From Gemmatimonadales bacterium (GTDB lineage Bacteria > Gemmatimonadota > Gemmatimonadetes > Palauibacterales > Palauibacteraceae): a stretch of 64,000 bases of DNA. How positions within the stretch are numbered: position 1 is the first letter of the stretch; each line of letters opens with the position of its first letter. Below the pieces are notes generated by a model. That model saw only the letters and a program-made list of their open reading frames with translations. It was not told the DNA's origin and did not search any database. Both the position numbers and the translations under genes were made by a program. The DNA lies in contig JARRMU010000007.1 of assembly GCA_037385645.1 (NCBI GenBank), forward strand, positions 8,040 through 72,039, read 5' to 3'. Below, in pieces: positions 43,844-53,978 of the stretch.

Positions 43844-46096
43844 CTAGGGAGCCGCCCCGCCCGCGGCTGCCTGGCGGCGAAAGGTCTCAAGTCGGGCTTC
43901 GATCCGCTCCGCCAGTGCCATCTCTCCTTCCGAGCGAGCCAGGCCGTAGGCGCGCTGCGCCATGGCCACGGCGTCACTCGGTCTACCGGCCGAGGCGTAG
44001 GCAAACGCCAGCGCCTCCAGGGCGATGGCCGATCCGTAAGCCGTGAGACCCGCAGCTCGCTCGGCCAGGCGAACGGCTTCGTCCGGGTCCCGCACGTTCT
44101 CGTCGGGGTAGGCGGCCAGCAGCTCGGCCAGCGTGATCAGCGGGCCCGGAGAGCCGGGCGCCGCATCGATCGCGGCTCGAAGATGCTCGAGTGCGGCCTC
44201 AATGTAGCCGAGGTTGGCGAGCGTCATGCCGAGGCGGCGGTGCGCCCCCGCGAACGTGGGTTGAAGCTCCACCGCGCGCTGGTAATGCTTCACCGCCTCC
44301 TCGAGCCGGCCGCGCTGGCGCAGGACGTCGCCCATCTTGTCCTCGGCGAGAGCCAGGCTGCTATCCGCCTCGATTGCCCGGCGGTAATGAGCCAACGCCT
44401 CATCCATCCTCCCCGCGGCGTGCGCGCTGACCCCCAGATTGTAGTGCGCGCGCGCGAAGTCCGGTCGCACCTCGATCGCATGGCGGAACGCCGCGTTGCC
44501 GGCGTCCGTATCTCCCTCTCGGAGTAGGATCATGCCCAGGTTGTTGTAGGCTTCGGCGAACCCGGGATCGATGCGGAGGGCCTCCCGGTACTGCTCGATC
44601 GCCTCCTCGGCTCGCCCCTCCTGCGCCCGTTTGACGCCCAGGTTGAAGTGTGCCACGCGATGATCGGGATTCAGGCGGATCATGTGCTCGAGACCGGCAA
44701 TCTCGTAGTCCCGATACTTCAGCCCGAAATCCCGCTCCAGCACTACGCGGTCCGCCTCGCTTCGCGGCAGGACCTGTAGCACGAGATCGCCCATCTCGTC
44801 GTCCGAGTTGGGCCCATATACGACGCGCCTCGGCGGACGGTTCGGATTCTGCGGGTTCGATGCCGAGTTGTCGTAGGTGTACTCCATCCGAAGAGTGGAG
44901 CCGCGGGGGAGATGGACCGGCTGGGCATAGCGGTACTCGTCCTGCCAATTGAAGTCCCAGTCGTCGATCCGGAGGAGCCACTCGCGGCCCTTTTCCGGTA
45001 GATCAGCCCAGACCCGCATCTCGTCGCCCAAGTAGTGCGCGTGCGGATATATGCCCAGCACCTCCACGTCGACCGGAAGCGTGTAGGAGTCCCGGATCTC
45101 GTAGTCGTCCTCGCCGGGCGGTATGTCAATGACCTGCGAGCCCAGGGTGATGAGCACGGGATTCAGGGTGGGTGCCTCGTCGGCGAAGTACAGGCCGATG
45201 CTGGCATCCAGGATCTCTTCCTGCCCGGTTGGCCGCAGGTGGAGCTGGAGCACGAGGTCCGTTGCCGGCTCGAGGCGCCAGGCCGCGCCCTCGATCGGTG
45301 GCCGCGGTACCTTCCCAGGCGTCCAGCCGATGAAGAAGCCGCTCGGAGAATGGGACGTGTTCTGGGCGGCCATGCCCTCGAACCCGGCGCCAGGATCGAG
45401 CTCCTGGAGCCGTCTCGACGCTCCGCTCTCGTCGATCTGGACTACGGCGTGGTGGACGACGCGCCGGTTGTGCGGCCGAAGCTCCAGGGCCTCGACCCAC
45501 CTTGTCGAGGGAATCGGGACGTCAATCACGAAGTTCCGGAACACGTCGGGGCCCTCCGCCCGGACTCGGTACTCGGGCATGCGAACGACGAGGTCGGGCT
45601 CTCCGAGCTGCCACTCTTCCGTCCATTCGGGTATCGCCGGCAGCTCTTCCGGCTCGCCCTCGACGAGTCCTTCGTCGATCCAGCGGCGGATGATCTCGAT
45701 CTCCTCGTCGCTCAGGCTGCGGTCGCCGGCGAACGAGCCATGCCCCGCGGTGGGCAGCCACGGAGGCATGAAGCGACGTCCCGTGACCGCGCCCACGAGC
45801 TCGGCGCGAGAGCTGACGTCCTCATAGCCGAGCAGGCTGAACGGAGCCATCTGGCCCGGGCGGTGACATCCCGAGCAGCTGGCGAAGATGATCGGCGCGA
45901 CGTCGCGGTTGAAGGTCACCGGCTCCGCACTCGTAGGCGAAGCGGCGCCAGGAGGGGTCGAGGCGTCGACAGCTTCCGCCCCCGCTCCGCCAGTATCGCC
46001 GCCGCAGCCCGCAACGAGCGCCGCGATCGAGACCGCCGCGACGGCAGCCGGCTGCGTCCCATTCCCTGAACCGAACATGTGGCGACCTATGTCCAC
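43844..46096 (-). CDS. Lipoprotein with planctomycete-type cytochrome c (PSCyt1-like) N-domain and C-terminal TPR repeats
   Basis: 750 aa. Lipobox LVAGCGG. FNRDVAPIIFASCSGCH heme site. At least 7 TPR repeats (AHFNLGVKRAQEG, AYNNLGMILLREG, AHYNLGVSAHAAG ...). Confidence 0.7.
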   Translation of the reverse strand: MDIGRHMFGSGNGTQPAAVAAVSIAALVAGCGGDTGGAGAEAVDASTPPGAASPTSAEPVTFNRDVAPIIFASCSGCHRPGQMAPFSLLGYEDVSSRAELVGAVTGRRFMPPWLPTAGHGSFAGDRSLSDEEIEIIRRWIDEGLVEGEPEELPAIPEWTEEWQLGEPDLVVRMPEYRVRAEGPDVFRNFVIDVPIPSTRWVEALELRPHNRRVVHHAVVQIDESGASRRLQELDPGAGFEGMAAQNTSHSPSGFFIGWTPGKVPRPPIEGAAWRLEPATDLVLQLHLRPTGQEEILDASIGLYFADEAPTLNPVLITLGSQVIDIPPGEDDYEIRDSYTLPVDVEVLGIYPHAHYLGDEMRVWADLPEKGREWLLRIDDWDFNWQDEYRYAQPVHLPRGSTLRMEYTYDNSASNPQNPNRPPRRVVYGPNSDDEMGDLVLQVLPRSEADRVVLERDFGLKYRDYEIAGLEHMIRLNPDHRVAHFNLGVKRAQEGRAEEAIEQYREALRIDPGFAEAYNNLGMILLREGDTDAGNAAFRHAIEVRPDFARAHYNLGVSAHAAGRMDEALAHYRRAIEADSSLALAEDKMGDVLRQRGRLEEAVKHYQRAVELQPTFAGAHRRLGMTLANLGYIEAALEHLRAAIDAAPGSPGPLITLAELLAAYPDENVRDPDEAVRLAERAAGLTAYGSAIALEALAFAYASAGRPSDAVAMAQRAYGLARSEGEMALAERIEARLETFRRQAAAGGAAP

Positions 46097-46129
46097 CCAA
46101 GCGGGCCGAGCGCGCGGTCCGCGGGGGCG

Positions 46130-47341
46130 TTACCTGGCCGGTTCTGACTTCCAGATATCAATGCCGCCCGGCTGGTAATGGACCTCGGTTGAGGCGACGA
46201 GCTGCAGCGAATCTAGATCGATCACATCGACCGTACCTCGCGTCGCCCCGATGGCCTCGTTCGACACGAAGGCGTACCGGTCATCGGCGCTTACCACGAC
46301 GCCGTGTGTGATCGGCTGCGTGGTCGGGACGCGGGCGACCTCTTCGCCGGTGACAAGATCGAAGATGCTCACCGACTGTGCTCCCTTGTTCGTGGCCAGA
46401 AGCAGTCGCCCGTCGGAGGTGACGTCCAGGTTGTAGGGGCCCTTGCCGGTCTGGAATCGCCGCTTGACGGTCAGGTCTTCGGCATCCAGCTCCAGAACCT
46501 CCCCGTGCTTGTTGCAGGCGACGTACACGTGCGCGTCGTCGAAGGAGGGCGTCGCCCAGGTGGGGCCGCAGACGGGGCCACCTCCGCTCCCGGTCGAAGC
46601 CTCACCGGGTCGAGCCAGGACCCGCTCCGATCCCGGCGTGAGCTTCACGGCCCGGCTGACCTCGAGCCGATCCACGGAGATCTCGATCAGGTAGTCGTCT
46701 CCCACACAGACGGAATAATGCCGAGTCCCTGCGTGGTTCACGCGGCTGCCGTGCGGCTTGATGCAGGTCTCGATGCGGGCCATCTCGGTCATCTCCGGAA
46801 CGAAGATCGCCGAGACGGAGGACGGGACGAGATTCCCGTGGAGGTTGAAGTTGACGACGAACGCCATGCCTCCATCCGGCGTGAACGCGATCGTCGCCGG
46901 GAAGAGGCCGACCGACACGCTGTCTGCCAGCTCTCTGTCCGCCGTGTCGTAGCTCCACAGCTTGCCGAACGGCGTGCCGTGCGCCAGCGAGACGAACACA
47001 CGGCGGCCGTCGGGCGAGACCCTCACTCCGTGCGCGCCGTCCAAGTCTGCGGGCATGATACCGACCGGGATGTCGTCTTCCACGGTCGCTCCATCGGGGC
47101 CGAAGCGCACGAGGCTGACGAGGTCCGAAGACTCGTTGGCCACGAACACCCAATAATCGGCGGCCGGCATCCGTGCGCCGGCGTACAGCGTATCCGCCCC
47201 CACGTGGCCCGGTGCCGCCGACGTCTTCTCCCTCCCGCCCCCGCCGAGAGGCGCAGCAGTCGTCGAAGCCGTCCCAAGCGTCAAAACCCAGCCTGCACAC
47301 CCAAAAACCACGAGATTCCGCAACCGCACCCCTCTGTCCAT
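46130..47341 (-). CDS. YVTN-type beta-propeller repeat protein, exported
   Basis: Start at ATG 47341 (MDRGVRLRNLVVFGCAGWVLTLG). Repeated ~40-aa units (HGVRVSPDGRRVFVS; PATIAFTPDGGMAFVVN; PYNLDVTSDGRLLLATN; THGVVVSADDRYAFVSN). The upstream part of the track ORF is Arg-rich junk. Confidence 0.7.
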   Translation of the reverse strand: MDRGVRLRNLVVFGCAGWVLTLGTASTTAAPLGGGGREKTSAAPGHVGADTLYAGARMPAADYWVFVANESSDLVSLVRFGPDGATVEDDIPVGIMPADLDGAHGVRVSPDGRRVFVSLAHGTPFGKLWSYDTADRELADSVSVGLFPATIAFTPDGGMAFVVNFNLHGNLVPSSVSAIFVPEMTEMARIETCIKPHGSRVNHAGTRHYSVCVGDDYLIEISVDRLEVSRAVKLTPGSERVLARPGEASTGSGGGPVCGPTWATPSFDDAHVYVACNKHGEVLELDAEDLTVKRRFQTGKGPYNLDVTSDGRLLLATNKGAQSVSIFDLVTGEEVARVPTTQPITHGVVVSADDRYAFVSNEAIGATRGTVDVIDLDSLQLVASTEVHYQPGGIDIWKSEPAR

Positions 47342-47385
47342 CGCTGATCGCTTCACGGTAAAAAATGTCGAAGGCTCCACCTGCC

Positions 47386-49542
47386 CTAAGGAACGAGCGG
47401 CCGCTCCGGTGGTTCGACCTGGATCACCCAGAGTCCGCTGTTCATGTCCGACATGAAGACGTTGCCCTTGTGCGGCTGAGGTCCCCAGGCCAGGGGGGCG
47501 TTCGGCACGATGGCCTCGCCCTCCTCGCCGGCCGACTGGAACCACGCCACTTCGCGGCCCTGCTTGTACAGGTCGCCACGGAGCTCGCCCGAGACATCCA
47601 CCACTCGGAGTCCGCCCTGGTAGTAGGCGATGTACAGCAGCCCATCCTCGACCCAGATGTTGTGGGCTCCGGCCTCGGGCACCTCGTAGCGGGCGACCTG
47701 CTTCGGGTTCTCGATGTCGCTCACGTCCACGACGTGAATGTAGCCGCGCGGGCCGTTCACGCAGTCGCCGCACCCGAAGATCTCGTCTCCCGTGAAGACG
47801 TAGTCGCCGTATCGGTAGGCGGTGTGGGTGTTGCCGAACTCCTCCGGCTGGTAGGTGCGATACTGGTATTGCGAGACGAACTTCGGCTTCCGCGGCGTGC
47901 CGCCCTTGATGCCATCTCCGACGTCCAGGATGATCAGTCCATCGTCCCAGTAGGAAAGGTAGGCGAGCCCGTTTTCCGCCCACACGTCGTGCAGGCTCTT
48001 GTTCTGATCGCCCGGCCTCACCTCCCAGCGACCGATGTGCCTGGGGTTGGCCGGATCTACCATCTCGATGATGTGCATGGCGCTGGTGCCGTCGTTCACC
48101 GCGTAGACGACGTCCCCGTTGATCCAGACATTGTGGATCCCCGCGGTCAGGCTATCGGTCAGCTCCGCGATGATCGTGGGGTGCGCGGGATCGGCGAGAT
48201 CCAACACGATGATTCCGTTGCGCCGGCTGCTGGCTCCCTCGCGGGTAATCATCGCCCAGCTCGCGTCCGCGTTCACCTTCACGTCGTTCACGACCCGTGC
48301 GTCCACCACCACCGAGTCGGTCAACACCGGCGAGCTCGCGTCCGTCACGTCCCATGCGTACATCCGCTCGCCACCTCCCTGGGCGTGAGTGCCGGTGTAC
48401 GCGTAATCACGTCCGTCCTGTCCCTGGAAGACCCAGAGATCGCTCGTCGTCACGTGCGAGACGGCGCCGCGGCCGACGAGCTGACTCACGCGGTGAGCCT
48501 CTCTCGGCGCCGCCTCGACGACCGCCGTCGCTGATTGCCCGCCTGCCGTCATGATGACGCGGTACGCGCCGGGCGAGTTCGCCACGAAGGTGCCGTCGCC
48601 GAAGACCTCGGCTCCATCCGCCGGACCGTCGACAGCCGATATGGAGTAGCTCACGTTCACATCGTTCAGCGGCCGGTTGCCGCTCCCGGACACGGTGGGC
48701 GATAGGTGGACGACGTCGCCGGTGCGGACCTCGCTCGCGTCCGCCTCGAGATGGACCGATCGCACCGGATTGGGCTTCACGTCGACTGACAACGAGCCGT
48801 CGAAGCCTTCGGCCGAAGCCGTCAACACGGCCTGGCCGGCCGTCCGGAAGGTGGCGATGCCATCAGGCGTGACCGAGACGATCTCGGGGTTCGAGCTGGA
48901 CCACAGGACCTTGGCCGTCGCGTGCTCGGTCTCTCGAGTCGTGATTGCGCGAGCCTTCAGGCCAAACACACTTCCGGCGTACGTCCCGAAGGCTGGCTCG
49001 TCGACATCGATGCGAGCGACCGGCCAGTCGTTCACGATGACATCGAAGCTCGCGATGCGGTTCCACTCGACACCCTGCTCCGTCGGCTTCGGGAGGACGA
49101 CGTAGATTTCCGTGGAACCCGGGCTGACTCCCCGAAACAGATAGCTGTCGGGGATGCTGTCTTTGATCGACTCGATCTCTACCGGTCCCCCTGCTCCGAT
49201 CCCCCACCTGGCGCCTCTCACTTGGTTCCCATCGGCGTCGGTCAGATGCCCCTCCACGAGGATCGTCTCTCCGCGGGTGAGAACGATCGGCGACGGGGAG
49301 AGCTGGATGTCCGTCACGCGGGCCGATGCCGCCATATCGCCGGTGATGTGCGGATTCCGGTCCTGAGGCGGCTGATCGGCGTCTGTCTCGGTGCTGGCCG
49401 CCTGGTCGTCGCCGGCCGCCTGCTCGTCGCTGGCCGGCTGGGAGACGGCGGGGTCTGGCGCGCCGGTCGGCGCGCTGCCTGTCGTCGAGCTTGCGCAGGC
49501 CGCGAGCACGAATGCTAAGAGGGTCACGCTGAGGATGCGCAC
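47386..49542 (-). CDS. Lipoprotein with bacterial Ig-like (Big_2) domains and LVIVD beta-propeller repeats
   Basis: 718 aa. Lipobox LAACAS. Ig-like segments (VSVTPDGIATFRTAGQAVLTASAEG). LVIVD-like repeats (GLAYLSYWDDGLIILDV, GLLYIAYYQGGLRVVDVS). Confidence 0.7.
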   Translation of the reverse strand: MRILSVTLLAFVLAACASSTTGSAPTGAPDPAVSQPASDEQAAGDDQAASTETDADQPPQDRNPHITGDMAASARVTDIQLSPSPIVLTRGETILVEGHLTDADGNQVRGARWGIGAGGPVEIESIKDSIPDSYLFRGVSPGSTEIYVVLPKPTEQGVEWNRIASFDVIVNDWPVARIDVDEPAFGTYAGSVFGLKARAITTRETEHATAKVLWSSSNPEIVSVTPDGIATFRTAGQAVLTASAEGFDGSLSVDVKPNPVRSVHLEADASEVRTGDVVHLSPTVSGSGNRPLNDVNVSYSISAVDGPADGAEVFGDGTFVANSPGAYRVIMTAGGQSATAVVEAAPREAHRVSQLVGRGAVSHVTTSDLWVFQGQDGRDYAYTGTHAQGGGERMYAWDVTDASSPVLTDSVVVDARVVNDVKVNADASWAMITREGASSRRNGIIVLDLADPAHPTIIAELTDSLTAGIHNVWINGDVVYAVNDGTSAMHIIEMVDPANPRHIGRWEVRPGDQNKSLHDVWAENGLAYLSYWDDGLIILDVGDGIKGGTPRKPKFVSQYQYRTYQPEEFGNTHTAYRYGDYVFTGDEIFGCGDCVNGPRGYIHVVDVSDIENPKQVARYEVPEAGAHNIWVEDGLLYIAYYQGGLRVVDVSGELRGDLYKQGREVAWFQSAGEEGEAIVPNAPLAWGPQPHKGNVFMSDMNSGLWVIQVEPPERPLVP

Positions 49543-49680
49543 TTGATGAAGCTCCTTGCTGTCGTCTGAGGCTGCGGCAGGACACCGCCGGGGAGGCGGG
49601 GGCGCCCACGAATCGATTCACTGCTTAGGACACGACGAGCCATCCTTTCGTTGTACCGTGGTTGTGGCGTCGGAGTGCCG

Positions 49681-50370
49681 CTACGGAAAGCCGTAGGAGA
49701 TGCCGAACAGGATGGTCGTGTCGAACTGCGTCCTGGTGTTGGAGGTGACCTCGACGTTGAACGGAGAGATGTATCCGCGAAGATCGAGCCGTATCGCCCA
49801 GTGGTCAGATAGGAGCGTGAACGCTCCGAACCCGAAGTCGAAGACCCCGTTCGTGGCGTCGGTCGCCTCGGGCGCCGCGATCGGGTCGACGTTCAGATTC
49901 CTGATGCCGCCGCCGACCAGGACGTAAGGCTCTACCATCCCGGCCGGACCCTTCAGGTCGACCCGGTACATGAGGTTCGCCGTGACCGTCGTCCACTTGG
50001 CGTCGCCCAGATCGGGGGGTACCGCGATCGGCACATCTTCCGGTGAGATCGTGAGCTTCGCCGGAGCGTAGAGCCCGGTGATTCCGACGCCGAAACCGCT
50101 CTTGAAGAAGTAGTCGAACTCGCCGCCGAAGGCGATCGCGATGCTCACGTCGGTGCTGAACGTCTCGGGGTTTTCGGTCAGATTCGCCAGCGGTGCCAAC
50201 ACGCCGAAATAGCCGGTAACCACGCCGACGCTCCGGACCCTTTCCCGGTCATCCCGCTGCTCGAGCTCCGGGAAATCCTGCCCGAAGGCGAGTGACGGGG
50301 CGGTGAGCCCGATTCCCATCCACAAGAATGTCGCCGATCGCACGAGCCTGTTCATCGCTTGCCTTCTCAT
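49681..50370 (-). CDS. Small outer-membrane beta-barrel protein (OmpW/OmpA-barrel-like)
   Basis: 229 aa. Signal peptide; alternating-strand pattern; C-terminal ...ILFGISYGFP with terminal aromatic residue. Confidence 0.65.
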   Translation of the reverse strand: MRRQAMNRLVRSATFLWMGIGLTAPSLAFGQDFPELEQRDDRERVRSVGVVTGYFGVLAPLANLTENPETFSTDVSIAIAFGGEFDYFFKSGFGVGITGLYAPAKLTISPEDVPIAVPPDLGDAKWTTVTANLMYRVDLKGPAGMVEPYVLVGGGIRNLNVDPIAAPEATDATNGVFDFGFGAFTLLSDHWAIRLDLRGYISPFNVEVTSNTRTQFDTTILFGISYGFP

Positions 50371-50444
50371 CGGTATTCGATGACGAGGAGAGGGTGGAGG
50401 AAGTTTCGTCGAAGGGCGCGTGCTGTCCAGTCCGACCGGCCCCG

Positions 50445-53129
50445 TCAGCGTGTTCTCATGATCAGGACCTGCGCGGTCGCCGTGGGCGGCAGGGCCGCCC
50501 CATCCTGCCCAAACAGCTCGATCGCGAGAGCTGGGGCCCCGCTCCGACCCAAGAGCGCGAAATAGGCTTCTGTCGACGCGTTCAGTTCGTAGTCCAGCGC
50601 TCGCGTCGAAAAGCCGAGAGGCGAGAGAGCCAGTGGGTACGGGATGGGAAAGCGTTGTCCGGCGGACGGATTCTCGTTCAGTGCCGCGAACACGTCACGC
50701 AGATTCCACGTCGTGATCTCGAAGCGGGTCTCGAGACCCCGGACGTCCGTGTCGTCGACCGCGAGAGCCATCGCGAACTCGGCGATCAAGTCCTCCCAGG
50801 CGCGGCCGGTCTCGTTCTCGACGTTCGCGATCCCCTGACGCTGCCCGCCGCCGCCGCTCGCGAGCCCACGGATCAACGCCGCGGGATCGTCGCCTCCGTG
50901 GTGATCCAGCAGCCAGCGCAGGAAGAAGAGCCCGAAGCCTCTCATCTGCTCACTGCCGAGTCCGCCGGGATCGAGGGGCGCCAGAACGGGAGCGATCCCA
51001 GGGGCGGCCATGTAAAGCCCGAGGCTGAAGAAGTTCGGGATGAGGTAGATGTTGAAGATATCCAGCCTGTCGCGGTCGCTCCCGATCAGGTCGAACGTGA
51101 TGTTCTGACCCTCAGGAAGCCCCATCAGACGCAGGCCGACGAGCTCCTCGGCGAGATGCGAGAGCCCTTCGTCGAGCCAGCTCTCCTCGACCGATCCGAA
51201 GTCCTGGCTGGCCAGAACGACGCGTTGCTCGGCAGCCAGCAGATGCTGGAGCTCGTGCGCCGCCGTCCGGCGAGCTGCCCTCAACGCCTGAGCCTTGGTG
51301 AACGGGCTCCCGAACTCCCCGGTCGGATCCGCCACGCCGATGTAGAGGATCTCGCCCTCGTTGCTCGACGGACAGGTGGCGTCGCCTTCCCCCGGAACCC
51401 CCGCTCCGCCCGCTCTGCCGCTGGCGGCGAGGTCGGCGAGCAGGAAGAAGCCGTTGATGCGGCCACCCCCCGGAGGAGTCAGGCTGTTCACCTCGGGCGT
51501 GAAGACGAGCGTCACCCGCCCGTTGCCATCCAGATCCGCCGCTTCGCCGAAGTAGGTCGCAACGGTGGGATAGACGCTCTGGTCGAACTCATCGGCGATG
51601 AGTCGCCAGTCGGCATCGGCAAAGCCGGCGGCCGGAGCCTGCGGGTCCTCGACGATGACGATTCGCTCTCCGACGGCTCGCACCACGCCGTCGATGATCC
51701 GGACGGGCGTTTCGCAGGAAACCGACAAGTCGGCATTCACGGCGAATCGGACCGGGAGAACGTCCCCGACCGCAAGGTCGGTGGGCTGAACGGTAGCGCG
51801 AACGGCTGGCTCGACGACCCGAAGCGGACGTACCTCCCGATCCAGCAGCTCCGTGAGCGCCGCCGAAGAGATAAAGGCCTCGCCGAAGGCGTCGCCGTAA
51901 TAGCCGACCTCGTCGATCGCCTCGACCTCCGCCTGGAGCAGATCGGCCGCACCCAGTTCGCTCTCATCGGGCGTTCTAACGCCCATCCGGATGTTCGCGA
52001 CGACCTCGGGCGCCCGACTGGCGCTCTGGACGTGGAAGACGAAATCGGCTCTCTCGGATGCCGACGGAAGCTGGACGCACAACGCCTCTTCACCTCGCAG
52101 GAGTGCCGCCTGCCCGACCCCGAGCTCCACCGGAGTCTGAGCCGGTTGAAGCTGGATCAGCTGGCCGTTGCTCGCCTCTCCGCGAACGAGCGCGCGGACC
52201 CCCACTTCGCGCTCCGGGAGGCAACGGTCGAGGAAGGCCGGAACGACGAACGAAATCTCCGTCGGCGTCGCCGATACGATCTCGGCGGCGACCCCTTCGA
52301 CCCGGATCTCGTTCTCACCGAGCGTTTCGCTGAAGCCTGCACCGAACATCGTGGCTTGCTGGCCCGCCAGCAGCGGCAGCGGGTCGACGAAGTCCACGAT
52401 CACGCCCGTCTCCAGCTCAGCCCGCGCCGACGCGGTGAACCGGATCGTGTCGGAGGCAGTCGTGCGTGTCGCATAGGCGGAGACCGTCACCGGGCCCGTC
52501 TCGGGGCCGAGGGTCAGCAGGTTCTCCGCCCGGCCGTTGTCATCCGTGAACGTCGTGTCGGCGCTGAGTCGGCTGCCAAGCTCGCTCTCCACGGTCCAAG
52601 CGATCGGTATGCCGGAAACAGGCATGCTCTCCCCCACCGAGGCGTTTACGACGAACGGCAGCGGGAGCTGAGACTCGACCTCGGCGACCTGGCCATCTCC
52701 CTGCTCGAGGGCGAGCTGGACGAAGGCGGACGGTACCGTCAGGACGTCGAAAGTGACCGCCTCTACGTTGCTCGCGCTGGGAATGTCGGCTCGGATGCGG
52801 CTCTCGTCCGCCACCCCATCTGCCTCGAAGAACGCCTCGGCCACCCCCTCTTCGTCCGAGACCGCGAGGCTTGGAAAGACCCGACCGGGGCCCGACTCGA
52901 GCAGAAAGCGAACGGGGATGCCCTCAACCGGCTCACTGGTGGTGGAGACGACGCGAACGGCGATGGACGGTTCGATGACCGTCCCCATTTCGACCGTGTC
53001 CACCGCCGCAGAGAGGGCCTCGAGAAGGGCCGGCCCGACCCCGGGCTGGGTCGAAGCCGTCTGGCTATCGGTGCAGCCGACGAGCGACAGTGCCACCACT
53101 GCCCCGAGCCACCGGCCGGAGCGTCTCAT
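50445..53129 (-). CDS. Large lipoprotein with Ig-like N-terminal domains and an HExxH zinc-metalloprotease-like motif
   Basis: 894 aa. Lipobox LSLVGCT. AAHELQHLL...E (HExxH). Many beta-sandwich-like repeats upstream. Confidence 0.6.
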   Translation of the reverse strand: MRRSGRWLGAVVALSLVGCTDSQTASTQPGVGPALLEALSAAVDTVEMGTVIEPSIAVRVVSTTSEPVEGIPVRFLLESGPGRVFPSLAVSDEEGVAEAFFEADGVADESRIRADIPSASNVEAVTFDVLTVPSAFVQLALEQGDGQVAEVESQLPLPFVVNASVGESMPVSGIPIAWTVESELGSRLSADTTFTDDNGRAENLLTLGPETGPVTVSAYATRTTASDTIRFTASARAELETGVIVDFVDPLPLLAGQQATMFGAGFSETLGENEIRVEGVAAEIVSATPTEISFVVPAFLDRCLPEREVGVRALVRGEASNGQLIQLQPAQTPVELGVGQAALLRGEEALCVQLPSASERADFVFHVQSASRAPEVVANIRMGVRTPDESELGAADLLQAEVEAIDEVGYYGDAFGEAFISSAALTELLDREVRPLRVVEPAVRATVQPTDLAVGDVLPVRFAVNADLSVSCETPVRIIDGVVRAVGERIVIVEDPQAPAAGFADADWRLIADEFDQSVYPTVATYFGEAADLDGNGRVTLVFTPEVNSLTPPGGGRINGFFLLADLAASGRAGGAGVPGEGDATCPSSNEGEILYIGVADPTGEFGSPFTKAQALRAARRTAAHELQHLLAAEQRVVLASQDFGSVEESWLDEGLSHLAEELVGLRLMGLPEGQNITFDLIGSDRDRLDIFNIYLIPNFFSLGLYMAAPGIAPVLAPLDPGGLGSEQMRGFGLFFLRWLLDHHGGDDPAALIRGLASGGGGQRQGIANVENETGRAWEDLIAEFAMALAVDDTDVRGLETRFEITTWNLRDVFAALNENPSAGQRFPIPYPLALSPLGFSTRALDYELNASTEAYFALLGRSGAPALAIELFGQDGAALPPTATAQVLIMRTR

Positions 53130-53491
53130 GCCGCCTCTGCTCTATGGACCCGACGCGTGCCGGCGCCCGGTCCCTCGCACCCGTTCCGCATGCCTTCTCT
53201 CGAACCGCCGGCCCGCCCGATCGAGATCGCCCACTCCCTGCGGTGCGACCGCGTGCCGGGCCTGTACAGAAAAATACCCGGAATCCAGGCCCAAACAGAT
53301 CGTCGCTGCAGCCTGGATTGAACGGATACCCGCACACCTAAACTATGCTCCGCGTGCCGCTTGAGACAGTCTGTCCCGGGCGAGAAAGGATGATCGTGGA
53401 CCGTCTCCGCGCTGGGGGCTCGCTCGCGGCAGGAGACCATCGGCAACCGCGGCGTGGAAACCATTGGCTGCCAACCGCTGTAACACCTCCC

Positions 53492-53884
53492 GGCGGAGGG
53501 ATGGGAGGTCGCGGGCCGGCATCGAGCGAGTCTCGAGGTGCGGTTCGAGGAAAGTCCGGGCTCCGCAGGGCACGGTGCCGGGTAACGCCCGGGCGCCGCG
53601 AGGCGACGGAAAGTGTCACAGAGAACAGACCGCCGATGGCGGCTTCGGCCGCACAGGCAAGGGTGAAAAGGTGGGGTAAGAGCCCACCGCGCCGCTGGAG
53701 ACAGCGACGGCACGACAAACCCCACCGGGAGCAAGGCCAAATAGGGAGCGAGCGGCGGCCCGCCGCAGTCGAGCTCCGGGTAGGCCGCTAGAGACGCCGG
53801 GCAACCGGTCGTCCGAGACAGATGACCTCCGCGGGGCGTCCTGCAACGCCCCGTAACAGAACCCGGCTTACGTCCCTCCGCCAC
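53492..53884 (+). ncRNA. rnpB: RNase P RNA, bacterial type A
   Basis: Hallmark GAGGAAAGUCCGGGCUCC (53547-53564), GGUGCCGGGUAACGCCCGG, GAAAGUGUCACAGAGAACAGACCGCC, GGUAAGAGCCCACC, ACAAACCCCACCGGGAGCAAGGCCAAAUAGGG, GGGUAGGCCGCUAGAG and 3' ACAGAACCCGGCUUAC. P1 helix 5' GGCGGAGGGA (53492-53501) pairs with 3' UCCCUCCGCC (53873-53882). Confidence 0.85.
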
Positions 53885-53978
53885 CTTCACTACATTCGGC
53901 GGCCGTCACTGGCCACCGAACCTCATCCGGCCAGCGAGGCACGAACGATCACGCGCTCAGGAAAGGAGCCGCACGGAC

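Noticed and set aside
45035-48534. Plus-strand ORFs 45035..46069, 46304..47347, 47365..48534
   Set aside because: Antisense to the PSCyt1-TPR, YVTN and Big2/LVIVD genes respectively.
50328-53321. 997-aa plus-strand ORF
   Set aside because: Antisense to the HExxH lipoprotein and runs through rnpB. Extremely Arg-rich.
53338-53890. Several 70-250-aa ORFs on both strands (53126..53890, 53345..53791 etc.)
   Set aside because: They lie within the RNase P RNA gene.
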